This document shows, one piece after another, positions 38,150 to 46,468 of a stretch of 64,000 bases of DNA; positions within the stretch are counted from its first letter, which is position 1, and each line of letters begins with the position of its first letter. The stretch comes from Candidatus Latescibacterota bacterium. Lineage in GTDB: Bacteria; Latescibacterota; UBA2968. Both the position numbers and the translations under genes were made by a program. Below the pieces are notes generated by a model that was given only the letters and a program-made list of their open reading frames with translations, was not told the DNA's origin and did no database searches. Location: contig OZ242320.1 in NCBI GenBank assembly GCA_965208125.1, forward strand, positions 5,024,001 through 5,088,000. The letters run 5' to 3'.

Positions 38150-38721
38150 GTTCGCCAGAAGTTGTTCTTGAGTATGAACTGGCCTGGGAACATCAAGAAC
38201 GGTTTGTTTCCCAAACCGCTACTCAAATAGACTCCCGTCCGTCAAGAATACTCTCTTTCCCCGGCAATCAGGACAGTTTGGAAGATACCACTACAACGGA
38301 TATTAAAGTACAAAATAATCTGTGGGTTGCTACTCAAATTTTAACTGATGCTACGTTTTTCTATTCTAAGCCTTTAGTAAGAGATACTGAGAAGTCTATA
38401 GAGTTACTATCAGTGTTAAGAGCGAAGGATCAAGGGATAGGAATCCCTTATGATGTTCTCCAATTTTGTATAGAGAACAATCTATCAAAGTCATTGGCCT
38501 TGGCGCGGAAATTTGTTAACCAATGCTTCTCAGGGATCCAAGCACTTAAGTTACAGTTTGTTGTAGATCCAGAAGATGACGAGAAATGGGTTGAAATAAA
38601 TATTACAGTTCCAGATACTGCTAACTTTTTGACTGAGTATAATAACTACACTCGCCTATTGGTCGCCGAGATCCCTTGGCCCGAAAGAAATATGTTACGG
38701 TTCAATTTTAATTTTTCCTAA
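38146..38721 (+). CDS. Hypothetical protein, possible degenerate MNT-like antitoxin
   Basis: ATGA overlap with the upstream gene; S/T-rich N-terminus; C-terminal LQFVVDPEDDEKWVEINITV alpha/beta domain. Confidence 0.65.
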   Translation: MSSPEVVLEYELAWEHQERFVSQTATQIDSRPSRILSFPGNQDSLEDTTTTDIKVQNNLWVATQILTDATFFYSKPLVRDTEKSIELLSVLRAKDQGIGIPYDVLQFCIENNLSKSLALARKFVNQCFSGIQALKLQFVVDPEDDEKWVEINITVPDTANFLTEYNNYTRLLVAEIPWPERNMLRFNFNFS

Positions 38722-38724
38722 CAC

Positions 38725-39159
38725 ATGGATCCAAAAGATTTTTTACGAGTAGCAAACGACTTGGCCCAATCGAATAAGGCAGCAGAATTGCGGTCTGCTG
38801 TAAGTCGTGCTTATTATGCAGCTTTTCATGTTGCTCGCAAACTCCTTGTTGATATGGGATTTGAGATTTCGAAAGGGTCTGGGGCGCACGGTGATATTTG
38901 TAACTATCTAGGGAATGCCGCCAATCCCACGGTGGAACACGCAGGAAACAATATCGGAGATTTAAAGGGGTGGAGAAACCAGGCTGATTATGAACTTAAT
39001 TCAGTCGAACACGAAAATTCGGGAAGTGTACAGAAGATAGTTTTCATTACCGAGCAAATTATAGAAGACCTAGAACAGTGCTGTAACGGATCAGACCGCG
39101 ACCAAATCAAGGGTGCAATTAGCAGCTATATCACAAAAATGGAGGGAGACACCGTTTAG
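38725..39159 (+). CDS. HEPN domain protein
   Basis: RSAVSRAYYAAFH, H in GAHG, WRNQADY. Confidence 0.85.
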   Translation: MDPKDFLRVANDLAQSNKAAELRSAVSRAYYAAFHVARKLLVDMGFEISKGSGAHGDICNYLGNAANPTVEHAGNNIGDLKGWRNQADYELNSVEHENSGSVQKIVFITEQIIEDLEQCCNGSDRDQIKGAISSYITKMEGDTV

Positions 39160-39185
39160 CATAGGGTTTCCCATACCCATTCTTG

Positions 39186-39245
39186 CAAAAAAAGAACCGC
39201 GCTCAGACATCCATAAGTGGCGTCTAATTGCGGTTTTATTTTTTT
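39186..39245. terminator. Long terminator-like hairpin after the HEPN gene
   Basis: aaaagaaccgc...agac...gtct...gcggttttattttttt. Confidence 0.55.
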
Positions 39246-39472
39246 ACCGACGCCCACCGAATCTCGACCACGCCGGTTTGCCCGACGATCCAAATCGCAA
39301 AGTAAACGGATGTCTCTGAGTCTGGACAGAGTATATCCGCATCAGGCCATCGCATCAGGGGCAGTGATGAATATGGACAGGATACTGGTACCTGTAGTAT
39401 TATCCTCACTGCCCTCAATTTAGCGGATTACCGCAACGCCCAGCTATTTAAAAAGAACAAGGAGATATTGGA

Positions 39473-39940
39473 ATGCAGCAGAAATTCATGGGCAGAGCCA
39501 TAGAGCTCTCCCGGATTCATATGAGGGCGAGAGCAGGAGGTCCATTCGGTGCGGTCATTGTCAAGGATGGAAAAATTATTTCGGAGGGATATAATGAGGT
39601 GATCTCCAGCAAAGACCCCACGGCCCACGCGGAGATCATGGCCATCAGAAAGGCGACATCCAAGCTCGACACCTTCCACCTTACTGGATGCGAAATCTAT
39701 ACCAGTTGCGAACCCTGCCCCATGTGTCTCGCCGCCATCTACTGGGCCAGAATCGAGAAAATTTATTTTGCCAATACCGCTGAAGACGCCAGGAATATTG
39801 GCTTCGACGACAAATTCTTTTACCAGGAATTACAACTGCCACGAGCCAAACGTCAAATCCCCTCCCATCAATTGCTGCGCGATCAGGCATTAGCGGTCTT
39901 CAGGGAGTGGCAAAAAAAGGTGGATCGCATTGAATACTAA
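39473..39940 (+). CDS. guaD: CDA-fold nucleoside/guanine deaminase
   Basis: GGPFGAVIVK, DPTAHAE, SCEPCPMCLAAIYWA, GFDD. Confidence 0.85.
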   Translation: MQQKFMGRAIELSRIHMRARAGGPFGAVIVKDGKIISEGYNEVISSKDPTAHAEIMAIRKATSKLDTFHLTGCEIYTSCEPCPMCLAAIYWARIEKIYFANTAEDARNIGFDDKFFYQELQLPRAKRQIPSHQLLRDQALAVFREWQKKVDRIEY

Positions 39941-39981
39941 GGCGATTCCGCCGAATAAAAATCAGCCTTCAGTAATGCCCC

Positions 39982-40560
39982 TCAATTGTTAATTGCCTGT
40001 TGTGCTGCTTCCAGGAAAGTCGCATAGCTTCGTGTACCGCGAAACTTTCGGACAATCACACCTTTGGCATCAATAAAAATAGAAGTGGGAATGGCCGCAA
40101 CTTCATATTCCTTGGCAACATCTCCGTTTGAATCGAGAACAAAAGTCCAGGTGAATCCGCGGTATCGGAGAAAATTCTGCACAGTGGAAAGCGATTCTCT
40201 AATATCAATACCAACGATCAGGATATGATCGCCCATAGCCTGTTGCAGCTTTTCCATGTCGGGCATTTCGACACGACAAGGCCCACACCATGTCGCCCAA
40301 AAATTGAGGAAGACGGGCTTGCCGCGTTGTTCAGAAAGTTTGAAAGACTCACCGGTGATAGTTTTAAGGGTAAAATCGGGTGCTCTCTGACCCATTTGAA
40401 TACCAATAGGAACGGATGTAGCTGTTGTTTCCTGACTGGGAGATGAGACTGTTTGGCTGTCAGAAGACAGGTCGGGAGATCGGGTCGGTTTCTGGTTTTT
40501 GCCACAGGCCACGACAAAAAACGCCAGCACAAGGATTAAACCGATGGATAGATATTTCAT
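39982..40560 (-). CDS. TlpA/ResA-family thiol-disulfide oxidoreductase lipoprotein
   Basis: Lipobox VVAC, APDFTL, NFWATWCGPCRVEMP, IPT. Confidence 0.92.
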   Translation of the reverse strand: MKYLSIGLILVLAFFVVACGKNQKPTRSPDLSSDSQTVSSPSQETTATSVPIGIQMGQRAPDFTLKTITGESFKLSEQRGKPVFLNFWATWCGPCRVEMPDMEKLQQAMGDHILIVGIDIRESLSTVQNFLRYRGFTWTFVLDSNGDVAKEYEVAAIPTSIFIDAKGVIVRKFRGTRSYATFLEAAQQAINN

Positions 40561-40710
40561 GGCGTTCTCCTTCGGTCAAGCGGTTTGAAAAATGGCATCG
40601 GCTACGTTTGTGAATAGATTGGGCGACCTCTACCAGTCTATGCTCTGACGAGACAAATACCATAAATAGTTTGTAATGCATACCACATCCCTTCTACCTT
40701 TACTGTGATA

Positions 40711-40726
40711 TGCAATATGCGTGCCA
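40711..40726 (-). promoter_or_regulatory. Sigma54 -24/-12 promoter upstream of the tlpA-like gene
   Basis: Minus strand TGGCAC-GCATA-TTGCA, exact consensus spacing. Confidence 0.75.
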
Positions 40727-40893
40727 ACGTAAATTTTTCTGGCAACTGTACTCATAAGATGTTATTTCTATTCAAAGTATAACTTTTTTAAAAAAATCCC
40801 AAGCGAATTTTATGTCTTTTGGCGGCTATAAAGTCTTAAAGGCTTTATATCGTCCTTTTAGAGCCGCCTCTCTGTCCTGTTAATATTGACCTC

Positions 40894-41991
40894 ATGAATG
40901 ACCTTGCAATCTATCTCACCACAAGCCTTTGCGTTGTGTACATTACGCTGGTCGCCATTTTTGTATTTGGCCTTTTTCGCAGATCGCGGCCAGTAAATGC
41001 TCAGTGCCTATCTGTCTCCATTGTTGTGCCCGCTCGCAATGAAGCCACCAACATCGATGCATGTTTGCAGGCATTGGCCGCACAGACCTATCCTGCCGAC
41101 CATCTGGAAATTATCGTTGTAGATGACCGATCCACCGATGATACCGCCGCTCGAATTGATCAATGGACGCATCGTTTACCCAACCTGAGCCGCGTATCTG
41201 TCACACAGCAGAACTACGCTTGTCCTAAAAAAAACGCCCTGTGGCAGGGCATCAAATACGCGCGTGGAGATATTATTTTCACAACGGACGCCGATTGTCA
41301 GCCAGGTCCCAATTGGATGACCTCAAACCTCGCGCACTTTGCGCCCGATGTCGGCATGGTCATCGGTCACGCTCCCCTGCTGCAAAACGAAAAAGCTCTA
41401 TCGGGCCTGCTATCTCTCCAGGCACTCATTGTCTCAACTCTCGCAGCGGGCAGCGCGGGCATTGGCTTTCCGCTCACCTGTTCGGGGCGCAACATGGCCT
41501 ATCGCAGAAAAGCCTTTGATGAAGTCAACGGTTTTGACAACATCGGACACATTATCGGCGGCGACGACGTGTTACTCATGCGCCAATTCGCGCAAAAAAG
41601 CGCGTGGAAAATTCGGTTCAACGCAGACAGCGATGCATTTGTCCCCTCGGCATCTCACCCAGACAACCTCATCAATCGACAGGTTCGCTATCAATCCAAA
41701 ACCATTCACTACGGCATTCCCGCCTTGATTCTGGCTCTTGCGGTATATATATTCCATGTCATTCTGGCGGCATTGCCCATTTTTTTCTGGACTGACGCAG
41801 AATTATTTTATCTGCTCGGCTCTTGCCTGGGGATAAAAATAATCGCCGATGCTGTTTTTTTGCTCTTCGGCGGTATCCGGTTCAAAAGCCTGAAATTACT
41901 CCTGTGGTTTCCTGTTCTCGAAATCCTGATCATACCCTATATTGTCATCATCTGCGCGCTCGGCACATTTACACCATTCAAATGGAAATAA
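40894..41991 (+). CDS. Membrane GT2 glycosyltransferase
   Basis: VPARNEA, VDDRSTD, TDADC, GDD, degenerate RQVRY, flanking TMs. Confidence 0.9.
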   Translation: MNDLAIYLTTSLCVVYITLVAIFVFGLFRRSRPVNAQCLSVSIVVPARNEATNIDACLQALAAQTYPADHLEIIVVDDRSTDDTAARIDQWTHRLPNLSRVSVTQQNYACPKKNALWQGIKYARGDIIFTTDADCQPGPNWMTSNLAHFAPDVGMVIGHAPLLQNEKALSGLLSLQALIVSTLAAGSAGIGFPLTCSGRNMAYRRKAFDEVNGFDNIGHIIGGDDVLLMRQFAQKSAWKIRFNADSDAFVPSASHPDNLINRQVRYQSKTIHYGIPALILALAVYIFHVILAALPIFFWTDAELFYLLGSCLGIKIIADAVFLLFGGIRFKSLKLLLWFPVLEILIIPYIVIICALGTFTPFKWK

Positions 41992-41992
41992 T

Positions 41993-43051
41993 ATGTTATC
42001 AATCAAACTGCTACCCGAAACCTTCATGCGATACCGTCGCGCGATCACGCCCCGGCGGATATGGAATGCCTCAAAAGTGGTCGCGTCCTATGCCCTCTCC
42101 AATCTGTTTCGACGAGATATTCGCATGGGCAAACCCTTTGTGCTCATGGTCGAACCCACCAATTTATGCAACCTCAAATGTCCGCTCTGCCCCTCTGGCA
42201 ATGGCGACATGACCCGCGAGCGCGGCATTATGCCGTTTGAACACTTCAAGCATGTCTTCGAACAACAGGCCGATCATCTCCTGCTCCTCATGTTGTGGAA
42301 TCAGGGCGAACCCTTTATCAACAAGCACCTCACCGACATGATCCGATTGGCCTCCGCGCACAATGTTCCCACGCTGACCAGCACCAATGTCCATTACATC
42401 AAAAACCGGGAAACCGCCCGGGATATCGTCGATTCCGGCCTGTCCGAACTCGTGGTCTCTCTGGACGGCGTCACACCCGAAAGCTATGTCAAATACCGCG
42501 TGGGGGGTAATTTTGACCGCGTGCTCAACGGCATCCGCCTGCTCGTTCAGGCCAAACGCGATCTACAAAGTAGCCATCCCCTGATCCACCTGCAATTTAT
42601 CATCATGAAACACAACGAGCATGAAATAGAGGCTGCGCGCAAATTCGCTCGGGAATTAGGCGTGGATCGCCTTTCGCTCAAAACAGCCCAGGTTTATACC
42701 GAATCCGATGCAGAGACCTTTTTGCCTTCTGACGAGAAATTCAGCCGCTACGATTACACAGCTGACCACCTCTCGACCAAAAGCAAAATCAGCAACACCT
42801 GTCGCCACCTGTGGTACAGCACCGTCATCAATTGGGACGGCGCTGTATCGCCCTGCTGCTTTGACAAAGATGTTCACTACGGCCTCGGCGACGCCCTCAA
42901 TGAATCGGACTTCGACCAGATCTGGACCGGTCAAAAATACACGGACTTCCGCAATGCCATCCTCAAAGACCGCAAATCTGTCCCGATATGCAACAACTGC
43001 TCAGAAGGCGTAAAAGGCATGTTTTACGACATAGAAAAAGTCGAGCAATAA
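41993..43051 (+). CDS. Radical SAM protein with SPASM/Twitch domain
   Basis: EPTNLCNLKCPLCP, GEPF, SLDG, C..LW...INWDG.VSPCCFD...CNNC; start placed at ATG 41993. Confidence 0.92.
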   Translation: MLSIKLLPETFMRYRRAITPRRIWNASKVVASYALSNLFRRDIRMGKPFVLMVEPTNLCNLKCPLCPSGNGDMTRERGIMPFEHFKHVFEQQADHLLLLMLWNQGEPFINKHLTDMIRLASAHNVPTLTSTNVHYIKNRETARDIVDSGLSELVVSLDGVTPESYVKYRVGGNFDRVLNGIRLLVQAKRDLQSSHPLIHLQFIIMKHNEHEIEAARKFARELGVDRLSLKTAQVYTESDAETFLPSDEKFSRYDYTADHLSTKSKISNTCRHLWYSTVINWDGAVSPCCFDKDVHYGLGDALNESDFDQIWTGQKYTDFRNAILKDRKSVPICNNCSEGVKGMFYDIEKVEQ

Positions 43052-43123
43052 GGAATTAAAAATTAAGAATGGTTTGGCGGTGTAATCACTTCACATTTCT
43101 TCCATCTCACTTCACACTTCTAA

Positions 43124-44239
43124 ATGGATATCGTCCACCACTTATTGCTGCTCTCTACAGTCCTCTACGCCCTCGTCGCGCTGTGTTTTTTTTTCGGATT
43201 ATTCCGCCTGAACAACCAGCCGCGCACTACTGAAACGCCATTTATATCCATCGTTATTGCCGCGCGCAATGAAGCGAATTATATCGGCCTGTGCCTCGAT
43301 TCCCTGAAAAAACAGACCTATCCAACCGACCGATTTGAAATCTTGATCGTTGACGACGACTCGACAGATAAGACATCCCAAATAGTCGCCTCCACGCCCC
43401 TGGACAATCTCCACCTTTTGTCTGTGGATAACAGCTTTCCAGAAATGACGGCAAAGAAACGCCCGATGTCCGTTGGTATTCACCGTGCGCGGGGCGAATG
43501 GATTCTCACCACCGATGCCGACTGCACAGTGCCACCTACCTGGATTGCCAGCATGGCGTCTTATATGGCGGCTGATATCGGCATTGTCATTGGATTTTCT
43601 CAACTTACATCGCGCTCATTTTTCGACCAATTGCAGGCTTATGATTTTCTCACCCTCATGGCCGCTGCAGCCGGTGCCGTTGGGATGGGCATGCCCCTTG
43701 CTACTTCGGGACAAAATTTCGCCTATCGCAAATGTCTTTTTGAAAAAGTCGGCGGTTTCCGCGACATCGCACACCGCCCGTCTGGCGACGACGTGCTATT
43801 GCTCCAGTTGCTGCGCCGGGCATGGGATGGACGCATCGCGTTCGCCGCTGATCCCGGCGCTTATGCAACCACCCATCGCCCCGAAACACCGTCATCGCTG
43901 TGGCAGCAACGCAAGCGGTGGGCATCTAACGCCGCGTATCAACTGCGTCTCAATCCCGTTTTTTTTTCTTATATTGCAGTGGTATTTTTGATCAACGCGC
44001 TCATTCCTGCTGCTTTTCTCATCTCAATAACAGACGGCACATACACACTACCCCTGATTTGCTGGGGCGCAAAAATACTTGTAGATCTGCTCGTAGCGGG
44101 AAAAGGCGTTCATATCTTCAAGCGTGCGGATCTACTCATCATGTTTCCATTCTGGGAGATCGTGCAAATCCCCTACACCATTCTCATCGGCCTCGCGGGA
44201 ACCCTGCGTGGATTTACGTGGAAAGACCGAGATCATTGA
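43124..44239 (+). CDS. Membrane GT2 glycosyltransferase (paralog of 40894)
   Basis: IAARNEA, VDDDSTD, TDADC, SGDD, QRKRW. Confidence 0.9.
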   Translation: MDIVHHLLLLSTVLYALVALCFFFGLFRLNNQPRTTETPFISIVIAARNEANYIGLCLDSLKKQTYPTDRFEILIVDDDSTDKTSQIVASTPLDNLHLLSVDNSFPEMTAKKRPMSVGIHRARGEWILTTDADCTVPPTWIASMASYMAADIGIVIGFSQLTSRSFFDQLQAYDFLTLMAAAAGAVGMGMPLATSGQNFAYRKCLFEKVGGFRDIAHRPSGDDVLLLQLLRRAWDGRIAFAADPGAYATTHRPETPSSLWQQRKRWASNAAYQLRLNPVFFSYIAVVFLINALIPAAFLISITDGTYTLPLICWGAKILVDLLVAGKGVHIFKRADLLIMFPFWEIVQIPYTILIGLAGTLRGFTWKDRDH

Positions 44240-44262
44240 AGTATGAAGTGTGAAGTGTGAAA
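44237..44262 (+). repeat. (TGAAGTR) heptamer tandem repeat at a stop codon
   Basis: tgaagta tgaagtg tgaagtg tgaa. Confidence 0.7.
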
Positions 44263-44312
44263 CGGTTTACAACTGGTTGCTGCCCAAAGACCATTGCCCT
44301 ATGAGGTGCCCT

Positions 44313-45443
44313 ATGATCACCAAAACCCTGTTCTGCCTCCTCAGCTTGCTGATCGCAATGCCATCTTATGCACAGCGTCCGCGTGCTCGGGATCTCGGCA
44401 TTCAGATTGGCACATTGCCCACGGGCACATACAACGCCATTACCGATGTTAAAGGCGTTCTCGTCGGTCACGTCACATTAATCGAAGGGAGTGGCGAACT
44501 TGTCGTGGGCAAAGGTCCCGTGCGAACGGGTGTCACAGCCATTGTCCCGCACGGCGAGGACATCTTCAGAAATAATATATTCGCCGCGGCCGAAGCCCTC
44601 AATGGCAATGGAGAAATGACGGGCATGGCATGGATTAACGAACGCGGACAACTCGAAGTGCCCGTTGTACTTACAAATACGCTCTCCGTGGGCGAAGGCT
44701 ATAGTGGCGTGGTCGCATACATGCTCAAACAAGGCGCAGGAAGGGTTCCCCTGCCCGTAGTCGCCGAATGTTATGACGGCGGTCTCAACGATATTGCCGG
44801 ACGACACGTCACAGTCGATCACGTTGTCGAAGCCATTGAAACCGCCACAGGTGGCGCAGTGCCCGAAGGCTCTGTTGGCGCGGGCACGGGAATGCGCGCA
44901 TATCGGTTTAAAGCAGGCATCGGCACAGCCTCGCGCATTGTCCCAGATGGACATACCGTAGGTGTGCTCGTCAATGCCAACTGTGGACGCAGGCCGGAAC
45001 TCCTCATTGCTGGCGTTCCCGTAGGACGCGAATTGCCCGTTCAGGCCTCCCCAACGCGCGATGGTTCGATCATTGTGGTCATAGCCACCGACGCGCCCCT
45101 CGTGCCACATCAATTGCGCCGCCTCTGCAAACGCGCCGCCATAGGCATTGGCCGCACGGGCACAGTTTCCCGCACCAGCAGCGGAGATTTTGCCATTGCC
45201 TTTTCAACCGCCTATCGCCTACCTCGTACCCGCGCTGACCGCGATACAATTACCACCCTGCGCGATGGTCGGCTAACCGCTATCTTCCAGGCCACTATTG
45301 AAGCAACTGAAGAAGCCATTGTCAACGCCATGTGCGTAGCAGAACCCATGACGGGCCGAGACAATCGCACAATGCCCGCTTTGCCGCATGACAAATTGAT
45401 TGAGGTAATGAAAAAATACGGTCGGAGATACATTCAAGAATAG
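44313..45443 (+). CDS. DmpA/P1 family (S58) aminopeptidase, secreted
   Basis: RPRARDLG, NAITDV.GV.VGH, RTGVTA, GSVGAGTGM, autocleavage site DG|SIIVVIATDAP. Confidence 0.92.
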   Translation: MITKTLFCLLSLLIAMPSYAQRPRARDLGIQIGTLPTGTYNAITDVKGVLVGHVTLIEGSGELVVGKGPVRTGVTAIVPHGEDIFRNNIFAAAEALNGNGEMTGMAWINERGQLEVPVVLTNTLSVGEGYSGVVAYMLKQGAGRVPLPVVAECYDGGLNDIAGRHVTVDHVVEAIETATGGAVPEGSVGAGTGMRAYRFKAGIGTASRIVPDGHTVGVLVNANCGRRPELLIAGVPVGRELPVQASPTRDGSIIVVIATDAPLVPHQLRRLCKRAAIGIGRTGTVSRTSSGDFAIAFSTAYRLPRTRADRDTITTLRDGRLTAIFQATIEATEEAIVNAMCVAEPMTGRDNRTMPALPHDKLIEVMKKYGRRYIQE

Positions 45444-46283
45444 TTATTGATGCGTGAGGCGCCGAATGACAAATCCCCTTTCCTCGTCGGCAATATTCTC
45501 GTGGTAATCTACGAAGAACTGTTCCGGATAGCCGAACTCCTTGTTGTACGTGACATCGATGCGGGCTGCGTTCTCGTCTATCGCGGTCTGCAATAGGACG
45601 AACAGAGCCTTGATCGGTAAGAACCGCTCTGGCTCGGGAATATTGAGCACGGCCGGATCGGCGGAGGCGACGCTTGCGACTGCACCGCCGCTCACGGTTA
45701 CCTCCGCGTCAACGGTATATTCTATCGGACAGAAGCAATTCCACGCGCCCGTATAGACGTAGTTCGCAACGCGTCTTCGCTCCCAACGACCCTGATGACG
45801 GAGCAAGTCCGCCTGCAGGGAGCCGGGATCGCGCACGAGAAGGACGTCCTCGAAGATCGGTATGTCGATCTCCCTACCGCCAGCGGTGATACCGGTTACA
45901 GTGCGGGCGTACCTGCCCTCAGGCAAATCTACGTCAATCAGCGGCAGATTGACGATTCTGTGGAAAGACACGGGCAGTATGCGCGTTGGATCAGGCAGAT
46001 CCACAACCACTGTCTGCGAACCCCCGTTGCCGATTAGCTGGACGCGCACTGCGATAATGGTCCCGTCAAACTCGCAACTGCCAGTGTTGATGGCGTCAAC
46101 CGATGTGGGTACGGCATCTTTGCCAATCACCGCCATGAGGTAGTCGTCCGAGTAAGCCTCTGTAACCCCGCACGCCACTTCCGAGGCATCCGGGAAAGTA
46201 GGCGATGGATCGATGCTACAGGCAACCGTGAGCCCGAGAACCAATAGCGCACCGGATCTTGCAATATGTCGTCTGATGTTCAT
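45444..46283 (-). CDS. Lipoprotein with DUF6174-like C-terminal domain
   Basis: Lipobox TVAC; RWE...NYVY..NCFCP...VTY..EFGYP...IADEE. Confidence 0.65.
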   Translation of the reverse strand: MNIRRHIARSGALLVLGLTVACSIDPSPTFPDASEVACGVTEAYSDDYLMAVIGKDAVPTSVDAINTGSCEFDGTIIAVRVQLIGNGGSQTVVVDLPDPTRILPVSFHRIVNLPLIDVDLPEGRYARTVTGITAGGREIDIPIFEDVLLVRDPGSLQADLLRHQGRWERRRVANYVYTGAWNCFCPIEYTVDAEVTVSGGAVASVASADPAVLNIPEPERFLPIKALFVLLQTAIDENAARIDVTYNKEFGYPEQFFVDYHENIADEERGFVIRRLTHQ

Positions 46284-46392
46284 TCATCCCCCTCCGATGA
46301 TAATTTTACCATTCGCTGTCTATAAAACGCGCAGAGAGCCTCGATAGTTCCTCGCTATACGCATCCGATAGAGGCGTTTATAGCAATAGGTG

Positions 46393-46421
46393 TTGACAGA
46401 CGCCAGACAGGGTGCGATACT
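46393..46421 (+). promoter_or_regulatory. Putative sigma70 promoter with extended -10
   Basis: TTGACA-17 nt-GATACT preceded by TGn. Confidence 0.6.
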
Positions 46422-46468
46422 TCTCGCGTATCGATAAGTTCGAATATACACATCCCGGAGGACCAGAT

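Noticed and set aside
39186-39414. Retron msr-msd or a known purine riboswitch
   Set aside because: No reverse transcriptase is present and I could not match a purine riboswitch core; kept only as an unassigned structured region.
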